Origin: Chiloscyllium plagiosum
Taxonomy: Eukaryota
NCBI RefSeq assembly: GCF_004010195.1
Contig: NC_057719.1
Location: 1,712,395-1,776,394, forward strand
DNA: 64,000 nt
Direction of reading: 5' to 3'
Below are positions 1-14,174 of this stretch, piece by piece. The first letter of the stretch is position 1. Each line of letters opens with the position of its first letter. The position numbers and the translations under genes were made by a program. A model generated the notes under the pieces. That model did no database searches, was not told the DNA's origin, and worked only from the letters and a program-made list of their open reading frames with translations.

Positions 1-192
1 TTAGTATGGCCAATTCACCTAACCTGCACATTTTTGGACTGTGGGAGGAAACCGGAGCACCCGGAGGAAACCCACACAGACACAGGGAGAATGTGCAAAC
101 TCCACACAGTCAGTCGCCTGAGGCGGGAATTGAACCCGGGTCTCTGGCGCTGCGAGGCAGCAATGCTAACCACTGTACCACCGTGCCGCCCA
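1..192 (-). mobile_element. HE1-like tRNA-derived V-SINE, 5' part (truncated by window edge)
   Basis: Reverse complement starts GGCGGCACGGTGGTACAGTGGTTAGCA (A box), GGTTCAATTCCC (B box), then V-domain TGTGTGGAGTTTGCACATTCTCCC..GGGTTTCCTCCGGGTGCTCCGGTTTCCTCCCACAGTCCAAA. Confidence 0.9.
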
Positions 193-195
193 CAG

Positions 196-402
196 AGTGG
201 TCTTTAAGGTGAAGGGTGGAAGGTATAGGGGGGATGTCAGGGGTAGGTTCTTTACCCAGAGAGTGGTAGGGGCATGGAATGCGCTGCCAGTGGGAGTGGC
301 AGAGTCAGAATCATTGGTGACCTTTAAGCGGCAGGATAAATGTTCGACACAACATCGTGGGCCGAAGGGCCTGTTCTGTGCTGTATTGTTCTATGTTCCA
401 TG
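196..402 (+). mobile_element. CR1/HER1 LINE 3' end fragment
   Basis: Encodes RGRFFTQRVVGAWNALP (CR1 ORF2 C-terminus) and a typical 3' tail (gggccgaagggcctgtt..ttctatgttc). Confidence 0.85.
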
Positions 403-1624
403 AGAATGATGATGGGAGCATATTGGCAAAGAACGGGTGACTTTAGATCTCTGGTTTCCCACCCTTGCCTCTGCTAAGGGTTTTTCCTCACTTCCAATCC
501 ATCACTGTAACTTGTAATGTTATCATTCTATCAGTGGCTACAAGGATGGTAGAAGGTGAATTAAATGTTTCTTGACATTTTTTATCATTCAGAAAGTCAG
601 CCATTGTGGTTTTCTCTTTCCACCGTATGATCATATTACTATAGAATGCTCATCAGCGTTGTATTAGATATTTCTGTTACATAGAGCTGCAGTTAAAAAG
701 TACAGCCTTTTTTAATGATAGCTTTGACAGGTTATGAGGTGGAAGCTTCTGAACAATAGCTTGGACCTTGGCCTCAACAGTGAACCTTCAGCTTTGTTTA
801 TAGCCTGACATGTGGTTTTAAAGTGATTGCTCTAATCTCTCTGCTGCCAAGCACCTCCTGCCAGGACCTGGATTAAGGCCATGTTCAGATGCCATGTTAA
901 TGTTACACAAGCATGGAGATGGACTAAGCTGTGTATCTGAGTCACTGGAGCATTAGATAGCTTTGCTAGCCATTAGGGATTTTAAAAAAAATTTAACATG
1001 CAATCTTCACAAAGCAAGGTTTTCATGATTGTGGCTTCTGCAGAGAGCCCTCAGCCATGCTCCCTAATTCACACCAACATTACCTCTTGCCATGTGGTAC
1101 ACTTGTGGGGAGAACGGGGAGAATTTGTGTTTATTGCAGGTTCTTAGATAGGAAATTTAAAATCTCTCTGCACTCCCTCTCAGGACCCAAACATTTGCCG
1201 TCAAGCTGCAAAAATGTTGATATTGTATAAATTTCTACTGCAGTTCATCGCTCTGCTGGTTCTAGGTCCTCCATGTGTACAAATTAATTAGAATCACATT
1301 TTCTCTTTAACAGATGTTAAAATGGTCTCAGTGATTCAGATTATTTTTAAATTTGTGTGATTTAGATGTGTGTGCAAACCTCCCACAGTATTGAGCCCCA
1401 ACACACCTTGGCGACAGTTAGTTTTAACTTACTTTGTTTACATTTTTTGCTTGTCCTTTTCAGTTGACTGAATGTGAGTGGGAGGCTGAGTGAAGGCAAG
1501 AGCTGTCAAGAGTAACTGCCAATACAACAATACATGTGCTAGCTGCCAATATCTGCACATTGTCAGGAGGCTACCTGAGGTGCTGAACAGCTTTTATTCC
1601 TTCCACAGGTCAACCACATGGCAC

Positions 1625-1915
1625 AATAGACAATAAGTGCAGGAGTAGGCCATTCTGCCCTTCGAGCCTGCACCACCATTCATTATGATCATCCTCAATC
1701 AGTATCCTGTTCCTGCCTTATTTCCATAACCCTTGATTCCACTATCCTTGAGAACTCTATCCAACTCTTTCTTTAATGAATCCAGAGACTGGGCCTCCAC
1801 TGCCTTCTGGGGCAGAGCATTCCACACACCCACCACTCTCTGGGTGAAGAAGTTTCTCTTCATCTCTGTCCGAAATGGATACCCCTTATTTTTAAGCTGT
1901 GTCCTCTGGTTCGGA
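1625..1915 (-). mobile_element. CR1 LINE 3' end fragment
   Basis: ORF 1699..1923 RNFFTQRVVGVWNALP and CR1-type 3' UTR. Confidence 0.85.
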
Positions 1916-2704
1916 GGACACATGGCACATAGAATAAAGAAGCCAATGGATCATTGCAATCCTTAGTATCTCTGTGATAGTGGCACCATAAGAAAGTTTG
2001 GGACTTTGAAGGTCAAATACACATTTAGAAGGATGCCGAGCAGCATGAGGAAAGAAAGGCATGAATAATTGAATGTGTTTTGTGGTATACACGTGGTATA
2101 ATCTGTATTGTATTTGTTGGGCCAAATGGCCTGTATCTGTGGTCTGCATACTTTGTAACACAATTAATGTGTTTCTAAGCTACTGAGGGCTCTTCTCATT
2201 ATTTCAGGAGACATGCAGATCCATACACAAAGATAAGTGTGAGATATGTAGAACAGCGGACATTTCTTAAGAGCTGTGAGCTTCCAGGTTTACTCCAGGC
2301 GTAGTAATTGAGATAGAATCTGTATCAACATTCGTATTGGATTGGCTAGGGTAATGAAGAAATATTGAACAGGACATGTCAGTATGATTAGAATCTCTAC
2401 TTGCACAGACACTAAATATCACCAAGGACTGATTCAGTTGCATTGTTTCTTGTAACTTACTTGTCCTTAAGCTCATGACCCCACTGAAACTATCAAGTAT
2501 TTGGACCATAAAATCTCCCCGTTGTAGAGGCAGGTCATTACGTCTATCATATCCAAGCAGGCCCTCCTAAAGAGAAATTCAGGTAATGCTACTCCCCCAC
2601 TTCCATATCTCCGCACATTCTTCCTCTTCCTCCTGTGTTATTTCTGGTATCTGAAAGATGAGGTTGAAATGTATTGAATGTGGGGAGTAGTATTGTGATT
2701 CGGT

Positions 2705-4212
2705 TACATAGAACATAGAACAATACAGCGCAGAACAGGCACTTCGGCCCTCGATGTTGCTCCGACTAGTGAATTAATCTAAGCTCATTCCCCCTACATC
2801 ATCCCATCATCATCCATGTGCTTATCCAAGGACTGTTTAAATCTCCCTAATATGGCTGAGTTAAATACATTGGCAGGCAGGGCATTCCACGCCCTTACCA
2901 CTCCCTGAGTAAAGAACCTGCCTCTGACATCTGTGTTAAATCTAACATCCCTCAATTTGTAGCTATGCCCCTTGTACAAGTTGGTGTCATTATCCTAGGA
3001 AAAGGTCTTTCACTGTTTACCCCATCTAATCCTCTGATCACCTTGTGTGTCTCTATCAAATTCCCTTTTAGCTTTCTTCTTTCCAATGCGAACAGACCCA
3101 AGTCTCTCCGCCTTTCCTCATAAGACCTTCCCGCTAGACCAGGCAACATCCTGGTAAATCTTCTCTGCACCTTTTCCAATGCTTCCACATCCTTCCTGTA
3201 ATGGGGCGACCATTACTGTACACAATATTCCAAGTGCGGCCGCACTAGCATTTTGTATAGTTGCAGCATGACATTACAGCTCCGGAACTCAATTCCTCTA
3301 CCAATAAAACCTAACACCTAATAAAACCTTCTTAACAGCACAATCCACCTGGGTAGCAACTGTCAGGAATCTATGTACATGGACTCCCAAGATCCTTCTG
3401 CACATCCACACTACCAAGAATCTTTCCATTGACCCAGTCTTCTGCCTTCCTGTTATTCTTCCCAAAGTGAATCACCTCACATTTATCTACATTGAACTCC
3501 ATTTGCCACCTCTCCCCAATTCTGCAGTTTATCCAAGTCCTAATCAGACCCCTGCAACCTGTAACATTCTTCCAAACTGTCCACTACTCCACCGATTTTA
3601 GTATCATCTGCAAACTTACCCATCCACCTATGTCTACGTCCAAGTCATTTATAAAAATGACAAACCGCAGTGGTAAAACAGACCCTTATGGCACGCCACT
3701 AGTAACTTGGATTCCAGGCTGAATATTTTCCATCAACCATCACCCACTGCCTTCTTACAGAAAGCCAGTTTCTAATCCAAACTGCAAAATCACCCTCAAT
3801 TCCATGCCTCTGCATTTTCTCCTATAGCCTACCATGTTGAACCTTATCAAAGGCTTTACTGAAGTCCATGTACATCACGTCAACTGCTCTTCCCTCATCC
3901 ACATGCTTGGTCACCTTCTCAAAAAACTCAGTGAGGTTTGTGAGACATGACCTGCCCTTGACGAAACCATGTTGACTATCTGCAATCAAATTGTTGCTTG
4001 CTAGATGATCATAAATCCTACCTCTTATAAACCTTTCCAAAACTTTTCCTACAACAGACGTAAGGCTCATTGGTCTATAATTACCTGGGTCATCTCTATT
4101 GCCCTTCTTGAACAAGGGCACAACATTTGTAATCCTCCAGCCCTCTGATACTAAACCTGTAGACAATGGAAACTCAAAGATCAAGGCCAAAGGCTCCAAC
4201 ATCTCCTCCCTG
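2705..4212 (-). mobile_element. 5'-truncated CR1 LINE (RT to 3' tail), degenerate
   Basis: ORFs with [37 protein letters not shown] and FFTQGVVRAWNALP; (ttctatg)-type tail at about 2705-2722. Confidence 0.92.
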
Positions 4213-5856
4213 GTTAGACTACAGTTACTTCATATCATGTTCAATACAAAGGACAGTTTCTGCGGGGAACTTACATTCTGAACCCAAAAGATAACCTTGT
4301 TCATGAAATTACCTCATTAATTGTTCCCAGGTTGCATAAGGAACCCTTTTGCCACATAGGAAGTATTATGGATTGTTATCATAAGCTCCTAATCTTTTTG
4401 ATTGGTATATAATGGCAGTAGATAGTAAGGCTTATAGTACATCCATGAATTAAATTCATTAAATAAAATTAGTGGTGAACTAAATCACAGCGGCTCCCCG
4501 CATTTACAAAATCTATTAGAGAACAATGAAGCATCTCAGAACTTGCATGATTTGAAGATAATGCTCTTCATTAGAAGCAGCACCTAGTAGACCAAAGTTC
4601 ATGTGTGAAATTGGATATTCAAAAACTTCCACTCGATCCATCTCATGCTCCCTGATGAAGCAGATGCTCACTATTTACAGCATTGTTACATAATTATGCC
4701 CCTTTGCCTTGAAGTCCAAACTGGAACAAAGTATTATGAAAAGGATGTCTTTAACAATTAGTGGAAGACTGTGACAGAAAACAATTGAGAATTACACACG
4801 TAATCAATCAAAGCTGATTCACTATCACTGTCAAATTACGTTTCAAAGGCACAGAAAATGCCTGACAACTATCATAAGCTAAACAAACCACACACACCTT
4901 CAGGGCAATGTGGAGCCAAGCATCTGGTTAACCATTCCCCTCTGTTACAATACACAGTCACAGTGAATAACTCTGATTCTTTTTACCCCATTAGAACTGA
5001 CGTGAGTGAGTGAGAGAGATAGAGAGAGTTATCTTGTCAGGATCTTTATAGAGGCAGCATGTGGGTAATTATCCTAAAATAAAATAACTGCGGATAATGA
5101 AAATCTGAAGCAAAAATAGAAACTGCTGGAGAGACTCACCAACTGTGGCAGCATCCCTAGAGAGAAACAGAGTGACCCTTCAAACCCAGTGACCCTTCGT
5201 CAGGCCTGTTCTGATAAACAGAGAGTACTTCAAAATTGCTCTGTTTGGATTCAACACATTGACAGAGATTGGGAAGGAGGGAACTTCTAATTATGTAATG
5301 TGGGAGGGAAGGAGAGTTGATCTGTGGACATTACTTGCATTTGAAATTTTTTTTAAAATGTTTCTTAGGATGTCAGCATTTCTTACAAAACCAACATCTG
5401 TTGCCCATCCCTAGTTGCCCTGATTTGATGTAACTGAGTGATTTCCTAGTCTTCAGGAAGTCGCTAAGTTAGCCCTTTGGTGTAGGGATGGCTGCCACAC
5501 AGAATTCCTACGGTGTGGAATGAGGCCATTTGACCTATTGAGTCTGCACCGACCATCCAAAGAACATCCCTGCAGACCCAGCCCCCTACCCTGACCCCGA
5601 AATGCAAGGTTGTACATTTGATCCTCAGTCTATATTCATTCAGCCATTGGAACCAACAAGCCCAGCAAGGTCCCACACGCTGATGAACATGATCAGGTAA
5701 TCTGTTATCCTCATACAATTGGGGATAATTATTAGACACCAGAGAAAACATCCTTACTTTGATTTGATTGGTGCCTTGTTAGACACACGAGTGACTAGAC
5801 AGCACTACAGTTTAACGTTGCAGCCTACGACAGTGTAAGACTTCCTCCCTGTTTTA

Positions 5857-6180
5857 GATTAGATTACATTAGATTAGATTACATACAGTGTGGAAACAGG
5901 CCCTTCAGCCCAACAAGTCCACACCGCCCCGCCGAAGCGCAACCCACCCATACCCCTACATTTATACCTTACCTAACACTACGGGCAATTTAGCATGGCC
6001 AATTCACCTGACCGGCACATCTTTGGACTGTGGGAGGATACCGGAGCACCCGGAGGAAACCCACGCAGACACGGGGAGAATGTGGAAACTCCACACAGTG
6101 GGTCGCCTGAGACGGGAATTGAACCCGGGTCTCTGGCGCTGTGAGGCAGCAGTGCTAACCACTGTGCCACTGTGCCGCCA
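5857..6180 (-). mobile_element. Full-length HE1-like V-SINE
   Basis: A and B boxes, V-domain, CR1-like 3' end and (tctaa)n tail. Confidence 0.9.
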
Positions 6181-6425
6181 TTGTACTGGATTCTTTACTC
6201 CTTTCTCTGGAATTGCATTCCACGGTTTTCTGTCTCTGGCAGGAGTGAGATAACAATGGCTGATCCCTCGTTAGGAAAGACTCCTATATCTAATCCCCAT
6301 CCTGTGACCTGTTCTAGAAAGTATAACATTCGATGTGAAACACTGAATATTGACAAGCTTGGGTTATACAGTAGAACTTGTCATGCTAGACAGGACATGA
6401 TATATACCTCAGCAAGTGTGGAGAG

Positions 6426-7733
6426 TCATAGAGATATACAGCATAAAAACAAACCCTTTGGTCCAACACGTCCATGCTGACCAGATATTCTAAAGTAACC
6501 TAGCCCCATTTTCCAGCATTTGGCCCATATCCTTCTAAACATTTCCTATTAATTTACCCACCCAGATGCCTTTTAGATGTTATAATTGTACCCACCTCCA
6601 CTACTTTGGCAGCTCATTCTATACACGCACCACCATCTGCGTGAAAATGTTGTCCCTTAGGTCCTTTTTAAATCTTTTCCCTCTCACTTTAAATCTCTAC
6701 TCTCTAGTTTTGAACTCCCCTATCCTGTGGAAACGATCTTGTCTATTTACCGTATCCATGCCCCTCACAATTTCATAAACCTCTATAAAGTCACCCCTCA
6801 GCCACTGACTATTCAGCTTCTACCTATAGCTCATACCCTCCAACCCTTGTAATTCTTTTCTGACTCCTTTCAAGTTTCACAACATCTGTGATATAGAAAA
6901 GTCAGGGAACTATAGATTGGTGAGCCTGACATTCAGTGGTGGGCAAGTTGTTGGGAATCCTGAGGGATAGAATTTACATTTATTTGGAAAGACAAGGACT
7001 GATTAGGCATAGTCAACATAGCTTTGAGCTTGGGAAATTGTATCTCATTAACTTGATTGAGATTTGTGACGATATATCAAAGAAGATTGATGAGGGCAGA
7101 GCAGTGGATGTGATCTATATGGTCTTCAGTAAGGCATGTAGCAAGGTTACATCTCATGGAATACAGGGAGAACTAGCCATTTGGATACAGAACTGGCTCG
7201 AAGGTAGAAGACAGAGGGTGGTAGTGGAGGCCTGCCTTTCAGACTGGAGGCCTGTGACCAATGGTGTGCTGGTTCCACTGGTTTTTGTCATTTATATAAA
7301 TTTTTTGAATGTGAACATAGGAGGTATGGTTACTAAGTTTGCAGATGACACCAAAATTGGAAGTGTGGTGGACAGTGAAGAAGGTTACCTCAGAGTACAA
7401 TGGGATCTTGATCAGGTGGGCCAGTGGGCTGCAGAGCAACAGAATTTAATTTAGATAAATGTAAGGTGCTGCATTTTGGTAAGGCAAATCAGGGCAGGGT
7501 TTGTACACTTAATGGTAAGGTCCTGGGGAGTATTGCTGAACAGAAGAGACCTTGGAATGCAGGTTCATAGCTTCTTGAAAGTGGAATCACAGGTAGATAG
7601 GATAGTGAAGAAGACATTTGGAATGCTTTCCTTTATTGGTCAGAACATTGAGTACAGGAGTTGGGAGGTCATGTTGCGGCTGTACAGGACATTGGTTAGG
7701 CCACTGTGCAATTCTGATCTCCCTGCTATTGGA
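6426..7733 (-). mobile_element. CR1 LINE with 5' inversion (3' part on - strand 6426-6886; inverted RT part on + strand 6890-7733)
   Basis: The two pieces are contiguous in the family sequence; the insertion is flanked by the direct repeat GTGGAGAG (6418-6425, 7734-7741). Confidence 0.85.
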
Positions 7734-7924
7734 GTGGAGAGGAGAAAGTTCATTAGTCAGAAGTCTTTACAACTGAAACAAATATGTTCATAAGCTATAA
7801 ACACACGTGCTTTAACAGTGATGAGTCAGTGTTCTGTTCAGCTTAGCTCCTGTTTTTCAGTACAAGGATGGCCTTGTACTGATTGTGTAAGAGTTTCTGA
7901 TGAGAACAGACTTCTGCTGTAAGG

Positions 7925-10900
7925 AGGTTGGTGTAAGAGGGAGGGTTTTCAATTCCTGGGTCATTGGGACCATTTTTGGGGAAGGTGGGTCTTGTACAAA
8001 CAGGACAGTCTGCACCTGAACCATATTGGGACCAGCATCCTTGCAGAAAGGTTTGCTAGTCCTGTTGGAAGTAGTTTAAGTTAGTCTGGCAGGGGGAGGA
8101 GACACAAAATATTGATGAAGCAGAGATACATCATAGTACAGCTAAAGAAACAATTCACGGTGAGTTTCAGCTGTGCTGAGTGAGAATAGGGTAAGGCAAG
8201 GCTTGATGGTCTTTACTTTAATGTTTGGAGTGAAATATGTGAGACTGATGAGTTAATAATGTGGATTGACACACTATGATATTGTCGCCATCACAGAAAC
8301 GTGGTTGAGGGAAGGGCTGGACTGGCAACTCGGCATTCCAGGGTATAGGATCTTTAGGCAAGATAGAGTAGGGAGTAAACAGAATAGTGTTGCACTGTTA
8401 ATTAAGGAGTCAATTACTGCAGTAAGGAGAGATAATATCTCGGAAAGATCCTCAAACAAGGCTTTGTGGGTAGAACTTAGGAGTATTAAGGGGGCAGCCA
8501 CTTTAGTGGGAGTGTATTATGCGCCTCTGAAAGAGTCAGAGGGAAATAGAGGAGCACGTTGATAGTTCACAGAGGTGTGTAAGGATAATAATCGGGTAAT
8601 TATACATGGGGATTTCAACTTTCCTAACATAAATTGGGATAGTCCTAGTGGGCAGGTTTCTTGAAATGTTTCCAGGCTAGTTTTTTTTGTATCAATATGT
8701 AGAAGGCCCAAAAAGGGACAGCACAGTGCGGGATCTGGTTCCACGGAAACAAGCCAGACAAGTGTTCACTGCGGCCATGGGGGATCATTTTAGCAATCGT
8801 GTCCATAACCCAGTATGGTTCAAATTTGTTCTGGACAAGGAAAATGATGGCCTGCAAAAGATGGTTTTGGATTGGAGGAGGGCACATTTTATTAGAATAA
8901 ATCAGGAGCTGGCCTCAGTTAATTGGGAACCGCTCCTTGCGGGTAAGTCTACAGCAGAGCAGTGGGTTGCATTCAAAAAGGGAACAGGGGAGAGTATAGG
9001 ACTAACATGTACCCTTTTGAGGGAAATGTAGGAGCAGTAAGTTCAGAGAACCGTAGGTGTCCAGCACAATTCAGCACTGAATGAGGAAGAAGAGAACAGC
9101 CTAATAAGGTGAAAGGGAGCAATTCAGCTGCGGCCCTAGTCGATTACAGGAAGTGCAGGAAGGAACTAAAGAAAGCAATTAGAAGAGCAAAAAGGGGCAT
9201 TTAAGAAAGAACTTGCAAATGGATTAGGCAGTGTCCTGAGATATTTTATAAATACATTAAAGGAAAGAGGTTAACCAGGGAAAGAAGAGGGCCTAATAGG
9301 GAGCAGAGGGCAACCTATGTATGAAGCTGCAGGATATTGGAAAGGCATTAAATGAATGCTTCTCTTTGGCTTTCACTCTGGAAAAAGGAGAATGTAGGTA
9401 CAGAATTCAGGAAAAGGGACTGGGAGGAACTTGCACAGTTTGACATAGGAAATGGGGAGATATTGGAGGCTCTGTCGGGCTTAAAAACAGCCATGCCCCT
9501 CTACTGATTGAATTGCATCCCAGGCTGCTGTGGGAGACAAGGCAGAAAATTGCAGAATTTTTAATTCCTCTCTGGCCATGGGGAAAGTACCAGAGGACTG
9601 AAGGATGGCTAATGTGGTTCCAAGTTTTAAGAGGGGTGGTAATGATGAACCAGCAAATTAAAAAACTGTAGGGAAGCTATTGGAGAAAATTCTGAAGGAG
9701 AAAGAATTATTACCCACTTGGAAAGGCGTGGGTTAGTTAGGGATCGTCAGCATGGCTTTGTCAGAGGCAAGTCATGCCAAACAAATTTGTCAGAATGTTT
9801 TGAATCTGTGATCGAGTGTGTGGATGAGGAAAGTTCAGTTGATGTAGTTAATATGGAGTTTAGCAAAGCTTTTGACAGGACCCCACATGGAGACTGATTG
9901 AGAAGGTTAAAGCAGATGGAATTGAGGAAAACCTGGCGAGATGGATCAGAAACTGGCGTAGTATAGGACACCAAGAGTAGTGGTTGAAGGCTTTTTGAGT
10001 GATTGGAGGCCAATGTCCGGTGTGTACCACAAGGATCGGTACTGGGACCCTTATTGTTTGTTATGTACAGAAATGATATAGATGAAAATGTGGGAAGTGT
10101 TAAGCAAATTTGCAGATGACACCAAGATTGGTAGAGTGATTACGGGTGAAGAAGATGGTTGGAAGTTACAGGAAGCTATAGATGGATTGGTCACATGGGC
10201 AGACCAATGGCAGATGGTGTTTAATCCTATTAAGTGTGAGGAAAGGCACTTGGAAGAAGAAACAAGATGGCAGGACATTGGGGAACAGAGGGATCTTCGG
10301 GTAATTCACAAATCCTTGAGGTCGGCAGAATACGTGAATATGATAGGTGGCACATACCTTCATCAGCCATGGTATTGAGTATAAGAACAAGGAGGTAATG
10401 TTGGAATTGCACAGAGCGTTGGTCAGGCCACAGCTGGAGTTCTGTGTTCTGTTCTGGTCACCTCAATACAGGAAGGCTGTGATGGCACTGCAGGGGATAC
10501 AGAGGAGCTTCACCAGGGTGTTGCCTGGAATGGAGAAATCAAGCTATAAAGGGAGACTGGATAGTTGGATTGTTTTCTCTAAACCAGAAGAGACTGGATA
10601 TGATTGAGGTGTGTACGATTATGAGGGGTATGGACAGGGTGAACAGAGAGCAGCTGTTTCCCTTTGCAGAGGGGTCAGTCATGAGGGGAAGTAGTTTTAG
10701 GGTAAGGGAAGATTCAAAGGGGATTTGGGGAAAAAACCTTTTCACTCAGCGGGTGGTGAGAATCTGGAATGCATTAAACCTTACAACCTTTAAAAACAAT
10801 TTGGGTGAGCACTTCAAATATCGTAACATTCAAGGATATGGTTCTAGTGCAGAAAATTGGGATAAACATACTTTTAGTCATAGTTATGTCAGTGCAGACT

Positions 10901-10935
10901 GAGTCGGCAAAAGGACCTTTTCTCTGCTGAATGAA
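7925..10935 (+). mobile_element. Long degenerate CR1 LINE: ORF1 esterase C-terminus, ORF2 APE endonuclease plus RT, 3' end
   Basis: WCKREGFQFLGHWDHFWGRW..DSLHLN (ORF1 SGNH-like), YDIVAITETWL and GDFNFPNINW (endonuclease), SKFADDTK (RT), LFTQRVVRIWNAL; many frameshifts and stops. Confidence 0.92.
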
Positions 10936-12134
10936 TATGAATCTATGAGCACAGTGCAGGAAGAAACAACTGTCAAACCTTGTCAGCTCTTGTGTGCTGG
11001 TCAGCTCTTGAATAGATGGGGTACAAACCAGATTAAAACTGGACTCATTCTCTTCTGGTATTGTGTGGCCCATGTGTAACTGAGTCAATGATGGCCCCTG
11101 GAAAAAGGGAATAATTCTTGCTGCTTTGTTCAAGCTGTGCCTCTCCCACCTATTCCGCTCTCCTCCTGCCAGTTGTCTAACTTACCCCTTGATAGGCTGT
11201 CAGTGATAATTTGTTTTAATATGAGCTGTGTTTCTTAAAATATAAGATTTTTTTTATCAGCTAAAGGCATTATTCTCTGTTGCTTCCTCTTAAATCTGAA
11301 GTTTAATGGTTGTTTTCATTCCCTCTCATTGTATTAAGTGAACCTGGAAAAAGAATTTGAATATTTTTGATGGGGAATTTTATTGAGGAAATTACTTTGC
11401 TCTTAAAGTATTGATGATTCCATGGAATGCTGCACTAATTCAACCAAAATTGAAGATCTGTGCTTCAGCCTCACTCAAGATTGTTAGAGAGGTTGTTTTT
11501 TTAATGCGATATTAAGCCGGATCCCTATTTCATGTCTGAACTCGTTGTTAAAGATACCCAACATTTGGAGGCAAGCAGAGAATTCCTCTTGGCAAGTAGG
11601 ATGACCAAGGAGGACATCTCGCTGGTCAAAACAGGATTCCTGCACTTTCTTTGAGTCAAAAGGGATACAGATCTGCAAGTAGCAACTGAAGCTATAAAAA
11701 TGTAAACAACAAATGGGGTTCATTCTTGGAAGAATAAAATTGAACAGCAGGTTAGTTATTACTCTTAAAGGTGTGTGCCTAGATAGCATCAGCAAACATC
11801 AGGTCGACTGTACCTGGAGAACAGCAGACAGTTCAGGTCTTATGGTAACAAGGAAATAGAGGCACTGGGAAAGATGTAAAAATGTAAGAGGGCTGAACTA
11901 TTGCTCTGTTGCTGTAACTATAAGGAAAGACAGAACAAGCAGGATCTCCTCTCTAGAAGGGGAGATGTAATCTTTAAAATTATGGAAGCGTTTGACAAGT
12001 TAAACAAATAACATTTGTACATATGAAGGAATCCAAAATTAGGAGCAGTAAATATAAGATTGTCACTTAAAAAAAAAATCCAGGTAGGAAATTCAGGGAG
12101 AATGTTGCTTAATCATAAAATGAAGACACAATAG

Positions 12135-12398
12135 TTTAGCATAGGAACAGGCTCTTTGGCACACTAAGCCTACCCTGACACATGATGCCTTTCTGAAGTA
12201 AAAACCTTTCTCCTGTATGCGGTCTGGTTCCTCAAAATTCTACTTATTCATGTATCTGTCAAGGTGCCTCCCAAACTTTGCAATTGCATCTGCATCGACA
12301 GCTCCTCTGGCAGGACATTCCAGGCACCACCCTCTGTTTGTAACAAAAAGACATGCCTCTCTCACATCTCCTTTAGACTTTCCTCCTTCTACCTTACA
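12135..12398 (-). mobile_element. Old CR1 3' end fragment
   Basis: Reverse strand reads KSKGDVR..AIAKFGRHLDRYMNK plus tail. Confidence 0.75.
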
Positions 12399-13277
12399 CC
12401 CAACTTCAGTAAGGCCTTTGACAAGGTTCCCCATGGGAGGCTGATTAGCAAGGTTAGATCTCATGGAATACAGGGAGAACTAGCCATTTGGATACAGAAC
12501 TGGCTCAAAGGTAGAAGACGGAGGGTGGTGGTGGAGGGTTGTTTTTGAGACTGGAGGCCTGTGACCAGTGGAGTGCCACAAGGATCGGTGCTGGGCCCTC
12601 TACTTTTCATCATTTATATAAATGATTTGGATGTGAGCATAAGAGGTACAGTTTATAAGTTTGCAGACGACAAGAAAATTGGAGGTGTAGTGGACAGTGA
12701 AGAAGGTCACCTTAGATTACAACAGGATTTTGATCAGATGGGCCAATGGGCTGAGGGATAGTAGATGGAGTTTAATTTAGATAAATACGAGGTGCTGCAT
12801 TTTGGGAAAGCAAATCTTAGCAGGACTTATACACTTAATGGTAAGGTCCTAGGGAGTGTTGCTGAACAAAGATCTTGGAGTGCAGGTTCATAGCTCCTTG
12901 AAAGTGGAGTCGCAGATAGATAGGATAGTGACGAAGGCATTTGGTATGCTTTCCTTTATTGGTCAGAGTATTGAGTACAGGAGTTGGGAGGTCATGTTGC
13001 GACTGTACAGGAGATTGGTTAGGCCACTTTTGGAATATTTTGTGCAGTTCTGGTCTCCTTCCTATCGGAAGGATGTTATGAAACTTGACAGGTGCAGAAG
13101 AGATTTACAAGGATGTTGTCAGGGTTGGAGGATTTGAGCTATAGGGAGAGGTTGAATAGGCTGGGGCTGTTTTCCCTGGAATGCAGGAAGTTGAGGGGTG
13201 ACCTTATAGAGGTTTATAAAATTATGAGGGGCATGGATAGGGTAAAAGACCAGGTAGACAAAAATGAGGATGGCAGA

Positions 13278-13525
13278 TTAGATTAGATTCCCTACAGTGT
13301 GGAAACAGGCCCTTCGGCCCAACCAGTCCACACCGACCCTACGAAGAGTAACCCACCCAGACCCATTTCCCTTTGAATAATGCACGTAACACTGTGGGCA
13401 ATTTAGCATGGCCAATTCACCTATATGGGGAGAATATACAAACTCCACACAGACACGCGGGAATCGCACCCAGGACCCTGGTGCTGTGAGGCAGCAGTGC
13501 TAACCACTGAGCCACCGTGCCATGC
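13278..13525 (-). mobile_element. HE1-like SINE with internal deletions
   Basis: HE1 head and tail present; part of the V-domain is missing. Confidence 0.85.
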
Positions 13526-13644
13526 CAGAGATCAGAGTCTAGATTAGAGTGGTGCTGGAAAAGCACAGCAGGTCAGGCAGCATTCAAGGAGCAGGAAAAT
13601 CGACGTTTTGTGCAAAAGCCCTTCATCAGGAATGACCAGGTAGA

Positions 13645-13965
13645 TTACATTAGATTCCCTACAGTATGAAAACAGGCCCTTTGGCCCAACAAGTCCATAC
13701 CGACCCTCCGAAGAGTAACCCACCCAGACCCATTCCCCTATATTTACCCCTGACTAACGTACCCAATTCTATGGGCAATTTAGCATGGCCAAGTCATCTG
13801 GCCTGCACATCTTTGGATTGTGGGAGGAAACCGGAGCACGCGGAGGAAACCCACGCAGACACAGGGAGAATGTGCAAACTCCGCACAGACAGGCGCCCAA
13901 GGCTGGAATCAAACCCGGGTCCTTAGCGCTGTGAAGCAACAGTGTTAACCACTGAGCCACCATGC
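13645..13965 (-). mobile_element. Full-length HE1-like V-SINE
   Basis: Same family as 5857-6180. Confidence 0.88.
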
Positions 13966-14174
13966 CAGCTCTTTCCCCTGGGTTGGGGCGGACCAGATCT
14001 AGAGGGCATAGGTTTAGGGTGAGAGGGGAAAGATATAAAAGAGACCTAAGGGGCAACTTTTTCACGCAGACGGTGATGCGTGTATGGAATGAGCTGCCAG
14101 AGGAAATGGTGGAGGCTGGTATAATTGCAACATTTAAAAGACATCTGGTTGGATATATGAATCGGAATCGGAAT

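Larger units (their letters stand above)
12403..14162 (+). mobile_element. CR1 LINE (RT to C-terminus) interrupted at 13248-13965 by SINE and PLE insertions
   Basis: [26 protein letters not shown] and KFADD; resumes at about 13966 with RSRGHRFRVRG..NFFTQTVMRVWNELP. Confidence 0.9.

Noticed and set aside
7925..10935. Active autonomous LINE or domesticated RT gene
   Set aside because: All RT and endonuclease frames in the window are broken by stops and frameshifts.
12135..13247. Second twin-primed CR1 inversion
   Set aside because: The - strand tail is an older, different subfamily, and the + strand copy has its own continuation at 13966-14162.
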